Part shown: piece by piece, positions 1 to 8,117 of the stretch
Layout of the letters: every line of letters starts with the position of its first letter
Position numbering within the stretch: the stretch's first letter is position 1
IMG/VR virus record: IMGVR_UViG_3300033073_000410
Span: 1-64,000 of that record
Direction: 5' to 3' (one strand)
DNA: 64,000 bases
DNA from: a virus
Taxonomy: Duplodnaviria > Caudoviricetes
Position numbers and translations under genes: made by a program
Notes under the pieces: model-generated
Told to the model about the DNA's origin: nothing
Databases searched by the model: none
What the model saw: the letters and a program-made list of their open reading frames with translations, nothing else

Positions 1-155
1 TCGCCAAGCTCTTCCTCAAGTCGATGTAAGTTCGTATAGTCGGTCCCTGGCACAATTTGGTCAGGACCGAAACGAAATATCTTACTGATAACTTGGGCGG
101 ATTCAATAAGCTCCTCTTGTAATATGATGAGAGTTTCTCGGAGGTCTTCATTCAT
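1..155 (-). CDS. MazG-like NTP pyrophosphohydrolase (5' part; runs off the left edge)
   Basis: Manual translation from ATG at 155: MNEDLRETLIILQEELIESAQVISKIFRFG...NLHRLEEELGD, with the EExxE...EExxD pattern of all-alpha NTP pyrophosphatases. Not in the ORF track. Confidence 0.7.
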   Translation of the reverse strand, partial: MNEDLRETLIILQEELIESAQVISKIFRFGPDQIVPGTDYTNLHRLEEELG

Positions 156-387
156 TTATAAATTCCATAATTGATTCATTTACTAATTCCATAATTTCAT
201 CGATAGATTCAGAAACTTCCCATGTCCCGTGAGGTGGACAAAACAAGTAAGTTACATCTTCTAAGTATGTAGAATCTTCGTGTTGAATTTCAACTTTATC
301 CGCATGCATAGTCACGATTGTGTCTGCATTGATAGCTAGTTGTTTACCTTTGTGCGCGGATGCGGCATTAGTTAGTTTAATGAACAT
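148..387 (-). CDS. FlbD/SwrD-like small protein
   Basis: MFIKLT...IN.D.I...V.ES..EI pattern resembles the FlbD family. Confidence 0.45.
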   Translation of the reverse strand: MFIKLTNAASAHKGKQLAINADTIVTMHADKVEIQHEDSTYLEDVTYLFCPPHGTWEVSESIDEIMELVNESIMEFINE

Positions 388-845
388 TTTTCTTTCTTCT
401 TATTTAAATAGTTTTCCCATTGAAACCACTTGTTGTCTTTTAAGAAACCCCAATCACGTTGTTGAGGTCCCATAAAGAACAATGTAGTAGCAGGTCCCAC
501 TGATTCATCAAGTTCAAGCCAATGAAATTCATTAGCACTACGTTTGATAATAGATCCGGGACCTCGCCAAGTTTGAAACTCGGCAATTTTTTTGCCTTCA
601 TTATTAAAGACAGGTGTGTGTTCCCAGTAACCGCCTTTGAGAACGATAGTCATGTATGGCCAAGGATGGTCGTGTAACACTGGCTCGTCTGACCTTAGGA
701 TCTGATGCAATGTAACGTTGAATGGAAAGTTCTTGCGATCCTTGAGAAACAAGTAATAGCGGTGCATATAATCTTCACCTGTTTCTCTATCAGGAATCAA
801 ACGATATCGGTCTAGCTTGACCATCAAATTGTGAAACCAACCCAT
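372..845 (-). CDS. Cupin-fold protein
   Basis: LHDHPW...GGYWE...FHWLEL...TLFFMGP cupin metal-binding motif; AGGAG SD upstream. Confidence 0.65.
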   Translation of the reverse strand: MGWFHNLMVKLDRYRLIPDRETGEDYMHRYYLFLKDRKNFPFNVTLHQILRSDEPVLHDHPWPYMTIVLKGGYWEHTPVFNNEGKKIAEFQTWRGPGSIIKRSANEFHWLELDESVGPATTLFFMGPQQRDWGFLKDNKWFQWENYLNKKKEKCSLN

Positions 846-906
846 GTTAACTCCTGATAAAAATTCTGAACGGGCTTGAGGTGCCCGTAAAACCTTTTAG
901 CAAAGA

Positions 907-1170
907 TTACTCTGCTGATTGTGCCAAAGCACGGTAGCCTGCGGCTACAACTGCACGACTTGGGTTACCCAAGCGATACTTAACGGTCATACGACCTTTA
1001 GTATCTGTGTGCTCATTTGCATAGATAGCAAAACCACTGTTCAAACGAAGGCTACTAACTGTAGCTGTTGGGTTAGCAATACCAAAACGTGCTTTGATTT
1101 GTGCCGCAGTGAGTTGTTCACCCTTCTTCAATGCCTGAACTAGGCGTTCGCTTTTTGTCAATGTTGTCAT
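907..1170 (-). CDS. Winged-HTH DNA-binding protein (start moved to MTTLTK)
   Basis: LTAAQIKARFGIANPTATVSSLR helix-turn-helix pattern; a promoter at 1211-1239 lies inside the longer ORF call. Confidence 0.6.
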   Translation of the reverse strand: MTTLTKSERLVQALKKGEQLTAAQIKARFGIANPTATVSSLRLNSGFAIYANEHTDTKGRMTVKYRLGNPSRAVVAAGYRALAQSAE

Positions 1171-1210
1171 TTTTAATTTCCTTAATGTTTCGTTCGTAGA
1201 ACGTATATAG

Positions 1211-1239
1211 ATTATACGATAGTACTCACCGTGAAGCAA
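1211..1239 (-). promoter_or_regulatory. sigma70-type promoter
   Basis: TTGCTT-N17-TATAAT on the minus strand. Confidence 0.6.
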
Positions 1240-1263
1240 GATACTTTGGATACCTTGCTTCAC

Positions 1264-2115
1264 TTAGATGTCCAGAAATTGTAACTTGAACACATCAGCT
1301 TGCGGATCATGTCCACCGTAACCACGCGGATTACACACAATACGGGTCTCACCAATCATATAGTCAAATGGGTCATGCATATGACCATGAGTCCACAATT
1401 TGATTTGGGGATGGTCAAGAATGAATTCACTCAAGTCACTACTATAACCACCGTTCATCAGTGAATGCTCGGGTGCAAGGTAACGTTCATGCGTACTCAT
1501 TTTACTCGGTGCATGGTGTCCAACAACCACAATCTTTTCTTCTTTACGGTCACCGATTACGGTTGTAAAGTAATTGAGAGTTTGCTGGTGGCGATACATT
1601 GTATGCGCTGGACGCAACTTCGTATAACCCTTTTCATCATTGCGAATGATTCGGTAATCGTTCATCAAGTCGCTAAGACAATGAAGGGTCAATGGGTCAC
1701 CTTTGTTACAGTCAGTCCACAATGTGGCACCCACGAATGTAACATCATTAATAACTTTGATATCACGCTCCAAGAAGTACACGTTAGAAAAACGTGCGGC
1801 TTCTTTACGTAAGTCGGCGATTGACCCTACCCACTTGCCATGATAGAATTCGTGATTACCAGCAACGTAAACAACGTGAGGGAATTCTCTACTCATACGT
1901 TCTAAGAAGCAACGATACCGTTGAGCCATCAATGCGTTATGTCCTAGCTGTTTGTAGGGTTCGTATGGGCTAGTTACAGTAGGTGGTTCGTGGTTATGTA
2001 AACTGTCAGCAACCATAATGTCACCGGACAGGATCAACACCTCAGCACCTTCGGTGTTATATAGTTCAATGTCTTTGAACTCTAGGTGTAAGTCAGAACA
2101 TAATGCGATTTTCAT
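1264..2115 (-). CDS. Calcineurin-like metallophosphoesterase
   Basis: SDLHLE, GD, GNHE, HHAP and HGHMH motifs. Confidence 0.9.
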   Translation of the reverse strand: MKIALCSDLHLEFKDIELYNTEGAEVLILSGDIMVADSLHNHEPPTVTSPYEPYKQLGHNALMAQRYRCFLERMSREFPHVVYVAGNHEFYHGKWVGSIADLRKEAARFSNVYFLERDIKVINDVTFVGATLWTDCNKGDPLTLHCLSDLMNDYRIIRNDEKGYTKLRPAHTMYRHQQTLNYFTTVIGDRKEEKIVVVGHHAPSKMSTHERYLAPEHSLMNGGYSSDLSEFILDHPQIKLWTHGHMHDPFDYMIGETRIVCNPRGYGGHDPQADVFKLQFLDI

Positions 2116-2121
2116 ACTGAT

Positions 2122-2150
2122 ATTATAGCATAGTTTGGAATAAATTACAA
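2122..2150 (-). promoter_or_regulatory. sigma70 promoter, probably leaderless transcript
   Basis: TTGTAA-N17-TATAAT (with TGn extension), 6 nt from the ATG at 2115. Confidence 0.6.
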
Positions 2151-2354
2151 GTACTTTAAAGAAAACATTATAGCGTCGGATTCCAATTCAAAGCAAACGT
2201 CACCTACAACATTGTCAATCATTGCATTACCTTTACAGTTTTGTTTGCACCATTTGTTGACGTTATTGCCTGCGTTGAATCGTTCAGGGCTTAGTTCCCC
2301 GCTGACGACAGGAGGGGCAAATTGGACACTAGTCCATGAATCTAAATCAATCAT
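2145..2354 (-). CDS. Hypothetical protein (W..F.E..A..F.L family)
   Basis: Overlapping ATGA junction; C-terminal CFELESDAIMFSLKY. Confidence 0.6.
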   Translation of the reverse strand: MIDLDSWTSVQFAPPVVSGELSPERFNAGNNVNKWCKQNCKGNAMIDNVVGDVCFELESDAIMFSLKYL

Positions 2355-2629
2355 CGCATTATTAATTCTTTGAGTTTCTTAGCAGTGATAACTTCGTGAA
2401 CAGCTTTGACATCCTTTACAATCATTTCCAGTTCAACGACTTCCCAATCTGCTACTCGGTTTCTTTTATTATCACCGCGACTGTCAGAATTCATCACGCC
2501 GGTCAAGAAGGTTCGTAGTTGTCCAATCTTCTGAAAGATGCGACCGGTCTTATCGTATGACTGATAGTAGGGAGTACCGCTCACATACATTTCAGGATCG
2601 TCTTTTTTTCTAATCTTGTAATAAATCAT
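2351..2629 (-). CDS. Hypothetical protein
   Basis: ATGA overlaps with both neighbours. Confidence 0.65.
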   Translation of the reverse strand: MIYYKIRKKDDPEMYVSGTPYYQSYDKTGRIFQKIGQLRTFLTGVMNSDSRGDNKRNRVADWEVVELEMIVKDVKAVHEVITAKKLKELIMR

Positions 2630-2889
2630 TGGAACCTCAATATTAACATCATGTATAATTTTTCAGGCATTTCAAAGTAAGCATCAAATGCCCACCTGGT
2701 TGTCACTTCTACTGCGCCGTGTTCACGCAACCAACTGCATACCTCACTGCCTCGTCTAGTTGACACACGAATACAAATCCACAGTTCATCGTCAACTATA
2801 CCATCGTCAATTTTTTCAAACAAAGGTTTTGGATCGGGCGTCATTAGATGCGGATACAAACTAGCAATGTCATTATCTGAAATATTCAT
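2626..2889 (-). CDS. Hypothetical protein (start moved to MNISD)
   Basis: ATG at 2889 overlaps the TGA of the upstream small ORF. Confidence 0.6.
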   Translation of the reverse strand: MNISDNDIASLYPHLMTPDPKPLFEKIDDGIVDDELWICIRVSTRRGSEVCSWLREHGAVEVTTRWAFDAYFEMPEKLYMMLILRFQ

Positions 2890-3059
2890 TGCCACCTCAA
2901 CATATACCACGTATACAACTTTTCATCAGTGAAGTAAATATGACCTCGGCGTCTCCACCAGTTACCACCATATACTTCTTTGCCCAATGTTTGTTTACAC
3001 CATTCTACTCTAGCGTATGCTTCAGGGATTTTTACTTTTCGAAAGAACTTCACATTCAT
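2886..3059 (-). CDS. Small hypothetical protein, 57 aa (not in the track)
   Basis: MNVKFFRKVKIPEAYARVEWCKQTLGKEVYGGNWWRRRGHIYFTDEKLYTWYMLRWQ; fills a gap, ATGA-coupled. Confidence 0.6.
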   Translation of the reverse strand: MNVKFFRKVKIPEAYARVEWCKQTLGKEVYGGNWWRRRGHIYFTDEKLYTWYMLRWQ

Positions 3060-3189
3060 GTCCCTTTAACTCTGCAAACTTCATTTTGATAGTGCCACAA
3101 AGTGTACAGCGGTAGAGGCAGTGAATTGTCATCTTCGCTCTACCTTCAAGTCTTGCGACTCCTGTATAACCTTTGATTGCTTCTATCAT
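3022..3189 (-). CDS. Small zinc-finger-like protein, 55 aa (not in the track)
   Basis: YRCTLCGTIKMKFAELKGHEC (CxxC-x12-HxC); ATG overlaps the TGA of 3186..3548. Confidence 0.55.
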   Translation of the reverse strand: MIEAIKGYTGVARLEGRAKMTIHCLYRCTLCGTIKMKFAELKGHECEVLSKSKNP

Positions 3190-3548
3190 TTTATTCCATC
3201 TACGTGCTTACATTTTTGTCTGAATGTAAATCCAGGGCATGTGCAAGTGTATTTACTACCTACTTTTTCTAAGTAGTAAACTTTACCGTTAGACCCTTGA
3301 ACTTCAACTAAATCTTTCTTTGGTTCCTCTTTCTTCCCGAAATATACTTCGTCACTCTCACCCTTCATCTTCAACACTTCAAACTTGCGTCCACGTGTAT
3401 CAATGCGAATGGGTGACTTGAACTTAAAGAGGTCAGTAGTACCGAACTTGATATAGCCAACCATAGCTGACTTATCATCCTTCATGTAATATGTGTGATT
3501 GGTAGCGTTACTATCCGACCACTCTGTAACCTCTTTAAAGTACTTCAT
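3186..3548 (-). CDS. SWIM zinc-finger protein
   Basis: C-terminal CTCPGFTFRQKCKH. Confidence 0.8.
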   Translation of the reverse strand: MKYFKEVTEWSDSNATNHTYYMKDDKSAMVGYIKFGTTDLFKFKSPIRIDTRGRKFEVLKMKGESDEVYFGKKEEPKKDLVEVQGSNGKVYYLEKVGSKYTCTCPGFTFRQKCKHVDGIK

Positions 3549-3703
3549 TAGTTATTTTCCCAAAGAAAGTGATAAATGATTAGTGCCCACATTTGTTCCC
3601 AAGTAATCTTAGCAACTTCCATGTAGTTAGGCACGTTACGCCAATACTCAATCAGTAAATTGGCAATCAGTAACGAGAGAAGACAGTACCAGACTTTGCT
3701 CAT
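3548..3703 (-). CDS. Small membrane protein, 51 aa (not in the track)
   Basis: MSKVWYCLLSLLIANLLIEYW...MWALIIYHFLWENN, two hydrophobic segments; fills the gap exactly. Confidence 0.5.
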   Translation of the reverse strand: MSKVWYCLLSLLIANLLIEYWRNVPNYMEVAKITWEQMWALIIYHFLWENN

Positions 3704-3704
3704 A

Positions 3705-4172
3705 TTAGTATGCCAACAGTTGAGATTCAGTAGTGTTATATTCTTGAGCCACTTCTTCTGCGATGGCTTCTGTCAATAATTTCCAACCAGTATCGGGACC
3801 TTGAGACACATACCAAACATTGTCTTTGTTCACGTAAAAGTATTCGCACCATTCATACTTTTCGAACATTTCCTTGTCGTTGAACAACACCTGGAAGTCA
3901 ACATTGGACTCATCACGGTCACGCTTGTAGAAACGGCATTGCTTTGCCTTGCCATCGTCATCGTATTCCATGCGGTCGTTGAAATTGATTTTCTCACCAA
4001 TCTCTTTACCGAGCATAGAGCAATCACCTTGAGCAACTAAGAAGTTAGCCTTAGTGCTATCGTAGTAATTCAAAAGAACATCACCCACATAACTCAGATA
4101 ACCGTCCGAGTGGCAGTAGATAGCTTTAACTTTTTCACCGTGCATTACACCGATACATGAACGAGTTGACAT
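3705..4172 (-). CDS. Conserved phage hypothetical protein (MSTR...YCHxDGY family)
   Basis: MSTRSCIG...IYCHSDGY motif; strong promoter and AAGGA SD upstream. Confidence 0.7.
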   Translation of the reverse strand: MSTRSCIGVMHGEKVKAIYCHSDGYLSYVGDVLLNYYDSTKANFLVAQGDCSMLGKEIGEKINFNDRMEYDDDGKAKQCRFYKRDRDESNVDFQVLFNDKEMFEKYEWCEYFYVNKDNVWYVSQGPDTGWKLLTEAIAEEVAQEYNTTESQLLAY

Positions 4173-4205
4173 TTTCTTTCCTTCTCTTTGACTGTTTAAG
4201 ATTCT

Positions 4206-4234
4206 ATTATATACCCAAAACGATTATTTGTCAA
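4206..4234 (-). promoter_or_regulatory. Consensus sigma70 early promoter
   Basis: TTGACA-aataatcgttttgggta-TATAAT (perfect, 17-nt spacer). Confidence 0.9.
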
Positions 4235-4440
4235 GCCTTTTTCTCACGCAGGATATCGAAAACCTCGTTCAAATAGATGGATGCTTCGTCATGCTCTAAA
4301 TAGAAGTCGGTAGTAGGATCGTAGTACTTTCCTTCTTTAGGATCGTAATACAAAACTTTACCCGAGGGATATGCGAACGGACCCTCAAGACCCTTGCGGG
4401 GTTTATAGTCATGTTTTGGGATAAAACTAATGTAACTCAT
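4231..4440 (-). CDS. Hypothetical protein (start moved to MSYISF)
   Basis: GLEGPF...LYYDPKEGKYYDPTTDFYL; AAGG SD before 4440. Confidence 0.65.
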   Translation of the reverse strand: MSYISFIPKHDYKPRKGLEGPFAYPSGKVLYYDPKEGKYYDPTTDFYLEHDEASIYLNEVFDILREKKA

Positions 4441-4451
4441 AAGTATTACCT

Positions 4452-4694
4452 TTAGGCGATGTTGAGTTGAACTTGAAGACCTTCCCAAGTACCAGCTAGA
4501 CCAACTGCACACTGGTCTGCGACACCTGAGCCTGAACGGGTGAATTCTAAAGCATCAAGGGCTTTTTGTGTCGCGGCGTTGCACTTACCAAAGTCACCGA
4601 CACCTGAACGGATTTGTTTAGCAGTAGCATAGAATGACGCATCACCAACATTTACACGGAAACGCTGAGTTTGTTTGAAACGCTTGACTTGCAT
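4452..4694 (-). CDS. Hypothetical protein
   Basis: AAGGAG SD and promoter upstream. Confidence 0.65.
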   Translation of the reverse strand: MQVKRFKQTQRFRVNVGDASFYATAKQIRSGVGDFGKCNAATQKALDALEFTRSGSGVADQCAVGLAGTWEGLQVQLNIA

Positions 4695-4723
4695 ACATGC
4701 TCCTTTAATCAATCAATACATGT

Positions 4724-4752
4724 ATTATATGCCCAAAACCATTTATTGTCAA
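4724..4752 (-). promoter_or_regulatory. Consensus sigma70 early promoter
   Basis: TTGACA-ataaatggttttgggca-TATAAT (perfect, 17-nt spacer); shares GTTTTGGG with the 4206 promoter. Confidence 0.9.
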
Positions 4753-4756
4753 GCCG

Positions 4757-4788
4757 TAAAAAAAAGCCCCAACTAGTGGGGCATTTTG
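4757..4788 (-). terminator. Rho-independent terminator
   Basis: GCCCCA..TGGGGC stem followed by a long U run on the minus strand. Confidence 0.8.
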
Positions 4789-4801
4789 TAGTACTTTAGT
4801 A

Positions 4802-5065
4802 TTACTTTTTAGATTGGTTTACGAAACCATACATCTTTTCAGCAGCCTCTAGAATCTTGTCCATTCCTGGAAACTCTGGCATCGCAACTGTTGAAACGAT
4901 TTGGTTAGTTTTCTCGTCACGTGTAGCAGTCATTTCCCAGCCTGCGAACTTAACTTGATAGTCTTGCATGACGATGTCCTTAGCCATTGCTAGAACGTCT
5001 GCACGAATCTCGTAACCGTTTTTGTTGAATTTTACTTCTGGTAATTTTGGTGTGTTGTCTGACAT
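4802..5065 (-). CDS. Conserved phage hypothetical protein (start MSDNTP)
   Basis: KNGYEIRADVLAMAKD motif; AGGAG SD. Confidence 0.7.
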   Translation of the reverse strand: MSDNTPKLPEVKFNKNGYEIRADVLAMAKDIVMQDYQVKFAGWEMTATRDEKTNQIVSTVAMPEFPGMDKILEAAEKMYGFVNQSKK

Positions 5066-5109
5066 GTTATTCTCCTGTGTGTGTATTATGTCTGTTTTGT
5101 GATTGAAAA

Positions 5110-5688
5110 TCAATCAATTTGGTGAGATGGGTTCAACCATAGAGTAGCGAGTTTACCTCGTAGTCTATTAATCTCTGCGTATATCTCAGCCTGCTCTTTG
5201 AACAACTGTGTGTTCGTTTCTACAAAGTTAGGCTCTGGTACTTCGATTGCCGCTGTACGTTCGCCATCACCTCGTTCCTTAGTTTTCAACTCATGCTTTA
5301 ATGCAAGATGTTGAATAACTCTGTTGTTTTCGATACAGTGCATGTAAACTTCTGGAATGTGATGGAACTTAGCCCATGCAAGCATTTCAGTCATTAACAT
5401 GTTTGCTACGCCTTGTCGTTGAAATTCTTTATCAACTGATACTGCAAGCTCCCATGTACCGTCATTGTTTTTAGCCAGGTGACCCCAGCCAACACGGTTG
5501 TCATCTGTCCTAGCAAACCACAATTCATGGTCTTTTGGATTGTAACACATATTTAAAATCATCTGGTCTATGTTGTAATCACTTGCAGGATGACCAAACC
5601 GACTATAACGGTCTTCTTGGTCAAGAGCCTTCAAGTGACGAGCATAGTCACTGATTTTATAAATATTTCCGTGTTGAATAGTAATCAT
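5110..5688 (-). CDS. GNAT family N-acetyltransferase
   Basis: ELAVSVDKEFQRQGVA acetyl-CoA motif A; HLKALDQEDRYSRFG N-terminus. Confidence 0.85.
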   Translation of the reverse strand: MITIQHGNIYKISDYARHLKALDQEDRYSRFGHPASDYNIDQMILNMCYNPKDHELWFARTDDNRVGWGHLAKNNDGTWELAVSVDKEFQRQGVANMLMTEMLAWAKFHHIPEVYMHCIENNRVIQHLALKHELKTKERGDGERTAAIEVPEPNFVETNTQLFKEQAEIYAEINRLRGKLATLWLNPSHQID

Positions 5689-5768
5689 GATCCGCGGATG
5701 ACTTGTTTTGCTTTAGCAGTTTTAATTGCTTGGATAGCTTCAAGAAATGATAAAAAGAATTTCTTCAT
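5685..5768 (-). CDS. 27-aa amphipathic peptide (not in the track)
   Basis: MKKFFLSFLEAIQAIKTAKAKQVIRGS; ATGA-coupled on both sides. Confidence 0.5.
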   Translation of the reverse strand: MKKFFLSFLEAIQAIKTAKAKQVIRGS

Positions 5769-5944
5769 ATTTCACCCCTCTTAGATTTCATATTGTACTC
5801 AACCGTTAAACGCTCAACGTCACCGTTGTTCTGTGGATTGTTATCTACAATATATTGTTCTAAACTTGAACCTAATGTTCTTTGTGAACGTGCTACCCAA
5901 ACACCTGCTACTGCTAGTACTAGCATTAGTAGGATGACGAACAT
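5765..5944 (-). CDS. Small membrane-anchored protein, DUF3563-like C-terminus
   Basis: N-terminal hydrophobic helix, then LEQYIVDNNPQNNGDVERLTVEY. Confidence 0.45.
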   Translation of the reverse strand: MFVILLMLVLAVAGVWVARSQRTLGSSLEQYIVDNNPQNNGDVERLTVEYNMKSKRGEI

Positions 5945-5945
5945 A

Positions 5946-6227
5946 TTACTTAGCCTTCTTAACAGGCTTAGCGCAACTGGCTGTTGGGAAGTATGATTGC
6001 AAAGTTTCAGCAAACTTGACGTATGGAGTACGGTCAGTGAATACTTCAGTAACCTTTGTGAAAGTTACAGAACCGGCTGTGATTGCGTCTTTTGTGTAAG
6101 TTGCTTGTGCGTCAATAAAGCCATTCAATGCTTCTTTGACTTGTGCTTGCGGAACGAATGTAGAAACGAATTGTTTCTTTGCGTTTTGAATGGCGTCTAC
6201 GCCTTGGAATGCGAAAGTGTTAAACAT
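5946..6227 (-). CDS. Phasin-like alpha-helical protein
   Basis: VDAIQNAKKQFVSTFV...LNGFIDAQATYTK amphipathic helices; AGGAG SD; TAAATA motif upstream. Confidence 0.45.
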   Translation of the reverse strand: MFNTFAFQGVDAIQNAKKQFVSTFVPQAQVKEALNGFIDAQATYTKDAITAGSVTFTKVTEVFTDRTPYVKFAETLQSYFPTASCAKPVKKAK

Positions 6228-6304
6228 AATTTTCTCCTGTGTATGTGTTTAAGTGTTGAGACTTTTATTGAGAGTCCCCAACTCACACAAGTATTTAGTA
6301 CCTG

Positions 6305-6607
6305 TTAACTGTTATTATAATATATTTCTCTATATTTGTGTAGAGTTTTAGCTCTAATTACAGCCAACCTAACTGCTACATAGTCCGAAACTTCATCATC
6401 GTCCGGTTCATGGACAATTTTGGGTCTACGACTAAAGGGACCGATATCTTCATCATCAATCCCAATCGGATCTTCACCCGAAAGTAATAAAGACTTGCGT
6501 AGTGGATTACTTCTTAGTAGCTTCGGCTTTTTTATCTTTGCTGGGACTTTTGTTAGCTGCCTTGGCTGCTTTAGCTTCGGCGTCCTTATCTGCTTTTTTC
6601 TTAGCAA
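6305..6607 (-). CDS. Hypothetical protein (true start uncertain; the 5' part overlaps 6507..6710)
   Basis: The C-terminal DEVSDYVAVRLAVIRAKTLHKYREIY fills an otherwise empty gap. Confidence 0.4.
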   Translation of the reverse strand: MLRKKQIRTPKLKQPRQLTKVPAKIKKPKLLRSNPLRKSLLLSGEDPIGIDDEDIGPFSRRPKIVHEPDDDEVSDYVAVRLAVIRAKTLHKYREIYYNNS

Positions 6608-6710
6608 GTTTCATTTCTGACTTTGGAGCACTAGCTGGTGCTTGTGCTGGCTCTGCGGCAAACACTGTCAATGCGAATGCGGCCATTACGATTGCGATTA
6701 GTTGTTTCAT
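6507..6710 (-). CDS. Secreted small Lys/Ala-rich protein
   Basis: Sec signal MKQLIAIVMAAFALTVFA|A followed by a low-complexity K/A tail; AAGGA SD. Confidence 0.7.
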   Translation of the reverse strand: MKQLIAIVMAAFALTVFAAEPAQAPASAPKSEMKLAKKKADKDAEAKAAKAANKSPSKDKKAEATKK

Positions 6711-6776
6711 TTTGAGTTCCTTTAAAAAATATTACTCACATATATACAACGCCTTAGCCCTCTAAAACGTTGACAG

Positions 6777-7178
6777 TTACTTTCCCGTTCTAACTGATTT
6801 TAGGTAATCATCAATGTTACCATACAAACTTACCATCATTGCTATCTTACTATCATATAGTCTGATGTAGGGTTTGCCTTTTTTGCCCTCTTGCTTAAGC
6901 ACGCCTAAATAGTATGGGCATTTTAACTTCTTACTCATATCTAGGATGTACCCATGCCACCCTTCTTCTAATTTTACACTAAAGTCATATTGATAATACT
7001 CAATTTCAGCAATGCGAAACATTGTATCACCTGTGTCAGTCAATCTTAATCCATCACTTCTTGCACCAGTTTGCCACCATCGGCGCATACATTCTTCTAT
7101 AGTGAACATTCGCATGGCTTCAGGCAACTGCTCATTCACCTTAGAAGTTATTTGTTCTTTGTAAGATGGCCTAGTCAT
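6777..7178 (-). CDS. Conserved phage hypothetical protein
   Basis: GLRLT..G and PYY motifs; coupled to the upstream gene. Confidence 0.7.
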   Translation of the reverse strand: MTRPSYKEQITSKVNEQLPEAMRMFTIEECMRRWWQTGARSDGLRLTDTGDTMFRIAEIEYYQYDFSVKLEEGWHGYILDMSKKLKCPYYLGVLKQEGKKGKPYIRLYDSKIAMMVSLYGNIDDYLKSVRTGK

Positions 7179-7464
7179 CTGGATAAACTTTAGTGCCGTT
7201 GTTCATAAACACCACAGTAAATTTATCAGTTTTGAATTGTTTGTTTAGTTTACGACACAGGTTACGTGCGTGTCCTGGATTACTGAAACTAGTTTTCTTA
7301 TATTTAGGAACAGCTTCACTGTCCAAGTAATGTTGGCTTTTTAAGTTAATAGGTTGGTCGTCATAAAACACAGCCCAGATGCCGGATGCTTCAACAATCT
7401 GGTCGCATTTGTATGTTGTCTTGTCTACTATCTCTAATAAGACTTTAGGTTGTGTTCTACTCAT
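7171..7464 (-). CDS. Conserved phage hypothetical protein
   Basis: MSRTQP...PKYKKTSFSNPGHA. Confidence 0.7.
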   Translation of the reverse strand: MSRTQPKVLLEIVDKTTYKCDQIVEASGIWAVFYDDQPINLKSQHYLDSEAVPKYKKTSFSNPGHARNLCRKLNKQFKTDKFTVVFMNNGTKVYPDD

Positions 7465-7653
7465 TTACCACTTACCACCTTTAACCACAACTTCTATAAC
7501 TTCTTCTTTTTGTGGTTTATCTTGTTGATCCAATATCAATTTAGTAATTTCATCACGTAAGGCACGTGCGTCACTAATAGGTAACACAATATCCTTACCT
7601 TGTCTTCCCTCTACCGAGGCAATTTTGTCGATGAATTTCTTTATTTGGATCAT
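7465..7653 (-). CDS. Hypothetical protein
   Basis: TAAATA motif just upstream; abuts its neighbours. Confidence 0.6.
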   Translation of the reverse strand: MIQIKKFIDKIASVEGRQGKDIVLPISDARALRDEITKLILDQQDKPQKEEVIEVVVKGGKW

Positions 7654-8117
7654 AGACTATTTATGCACTTCTTTGCTTCGGCTTCTGTTTTAAAGGGCCC
7701 ATGATACTCATATCGTTGAATAAAAATGTACTTTGGGCAGAATGTTGGCACAAATCCATCACCTTGTTGTAATGCAAACCAACCAGCGGCGTGAAAACAC
7801 TTGCTCTTAGGTGTTGTTGTGAATAGATGCAACTTGCGCTTTACATCCAACATGCTATTGTACGTTCTATTACCTGTTGTGGGGAAAACACTGAACGGAG
7901 ATACTGTTTCTGTTTTCTTTACCTTAACAGTTTTCTCAAACTCAATGTGTTTGTTCTTTTCAATTTGTTTGGTTGAATCATAGTGCTCAATGTTATTACC
8001 AATGCGTACATCGAATCCACTACCTTCAGCAGTTACGTTACCTACTTTCTTTGTACCATCTGTAATAACCCAGTATTCGTTCTTAACGATTGGTTTAGCT
8101 TTCAAGTTCATTTTCAT
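7650..8117 (-). CDS. Hypothetical protein
   Basis: FCPKYIFIQRYEYHGPFKT; operon-coupled. Confidence 0.7.
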   Translation of the reverse strand: MKMNLKAKPIVKNEYWVITDGTKKVGNVTAEGSGFDVRIGNNIEHYDSTKQIEKNKHIEFEKTVKVKKTETVSPFSVFPTTGNRTYNSMLDVKRKLHLFTTTPKSKCFHAAGWFALQQGDGFVPTFCPKYIFIQRYEYHGPFKTEAEAKKCINSL

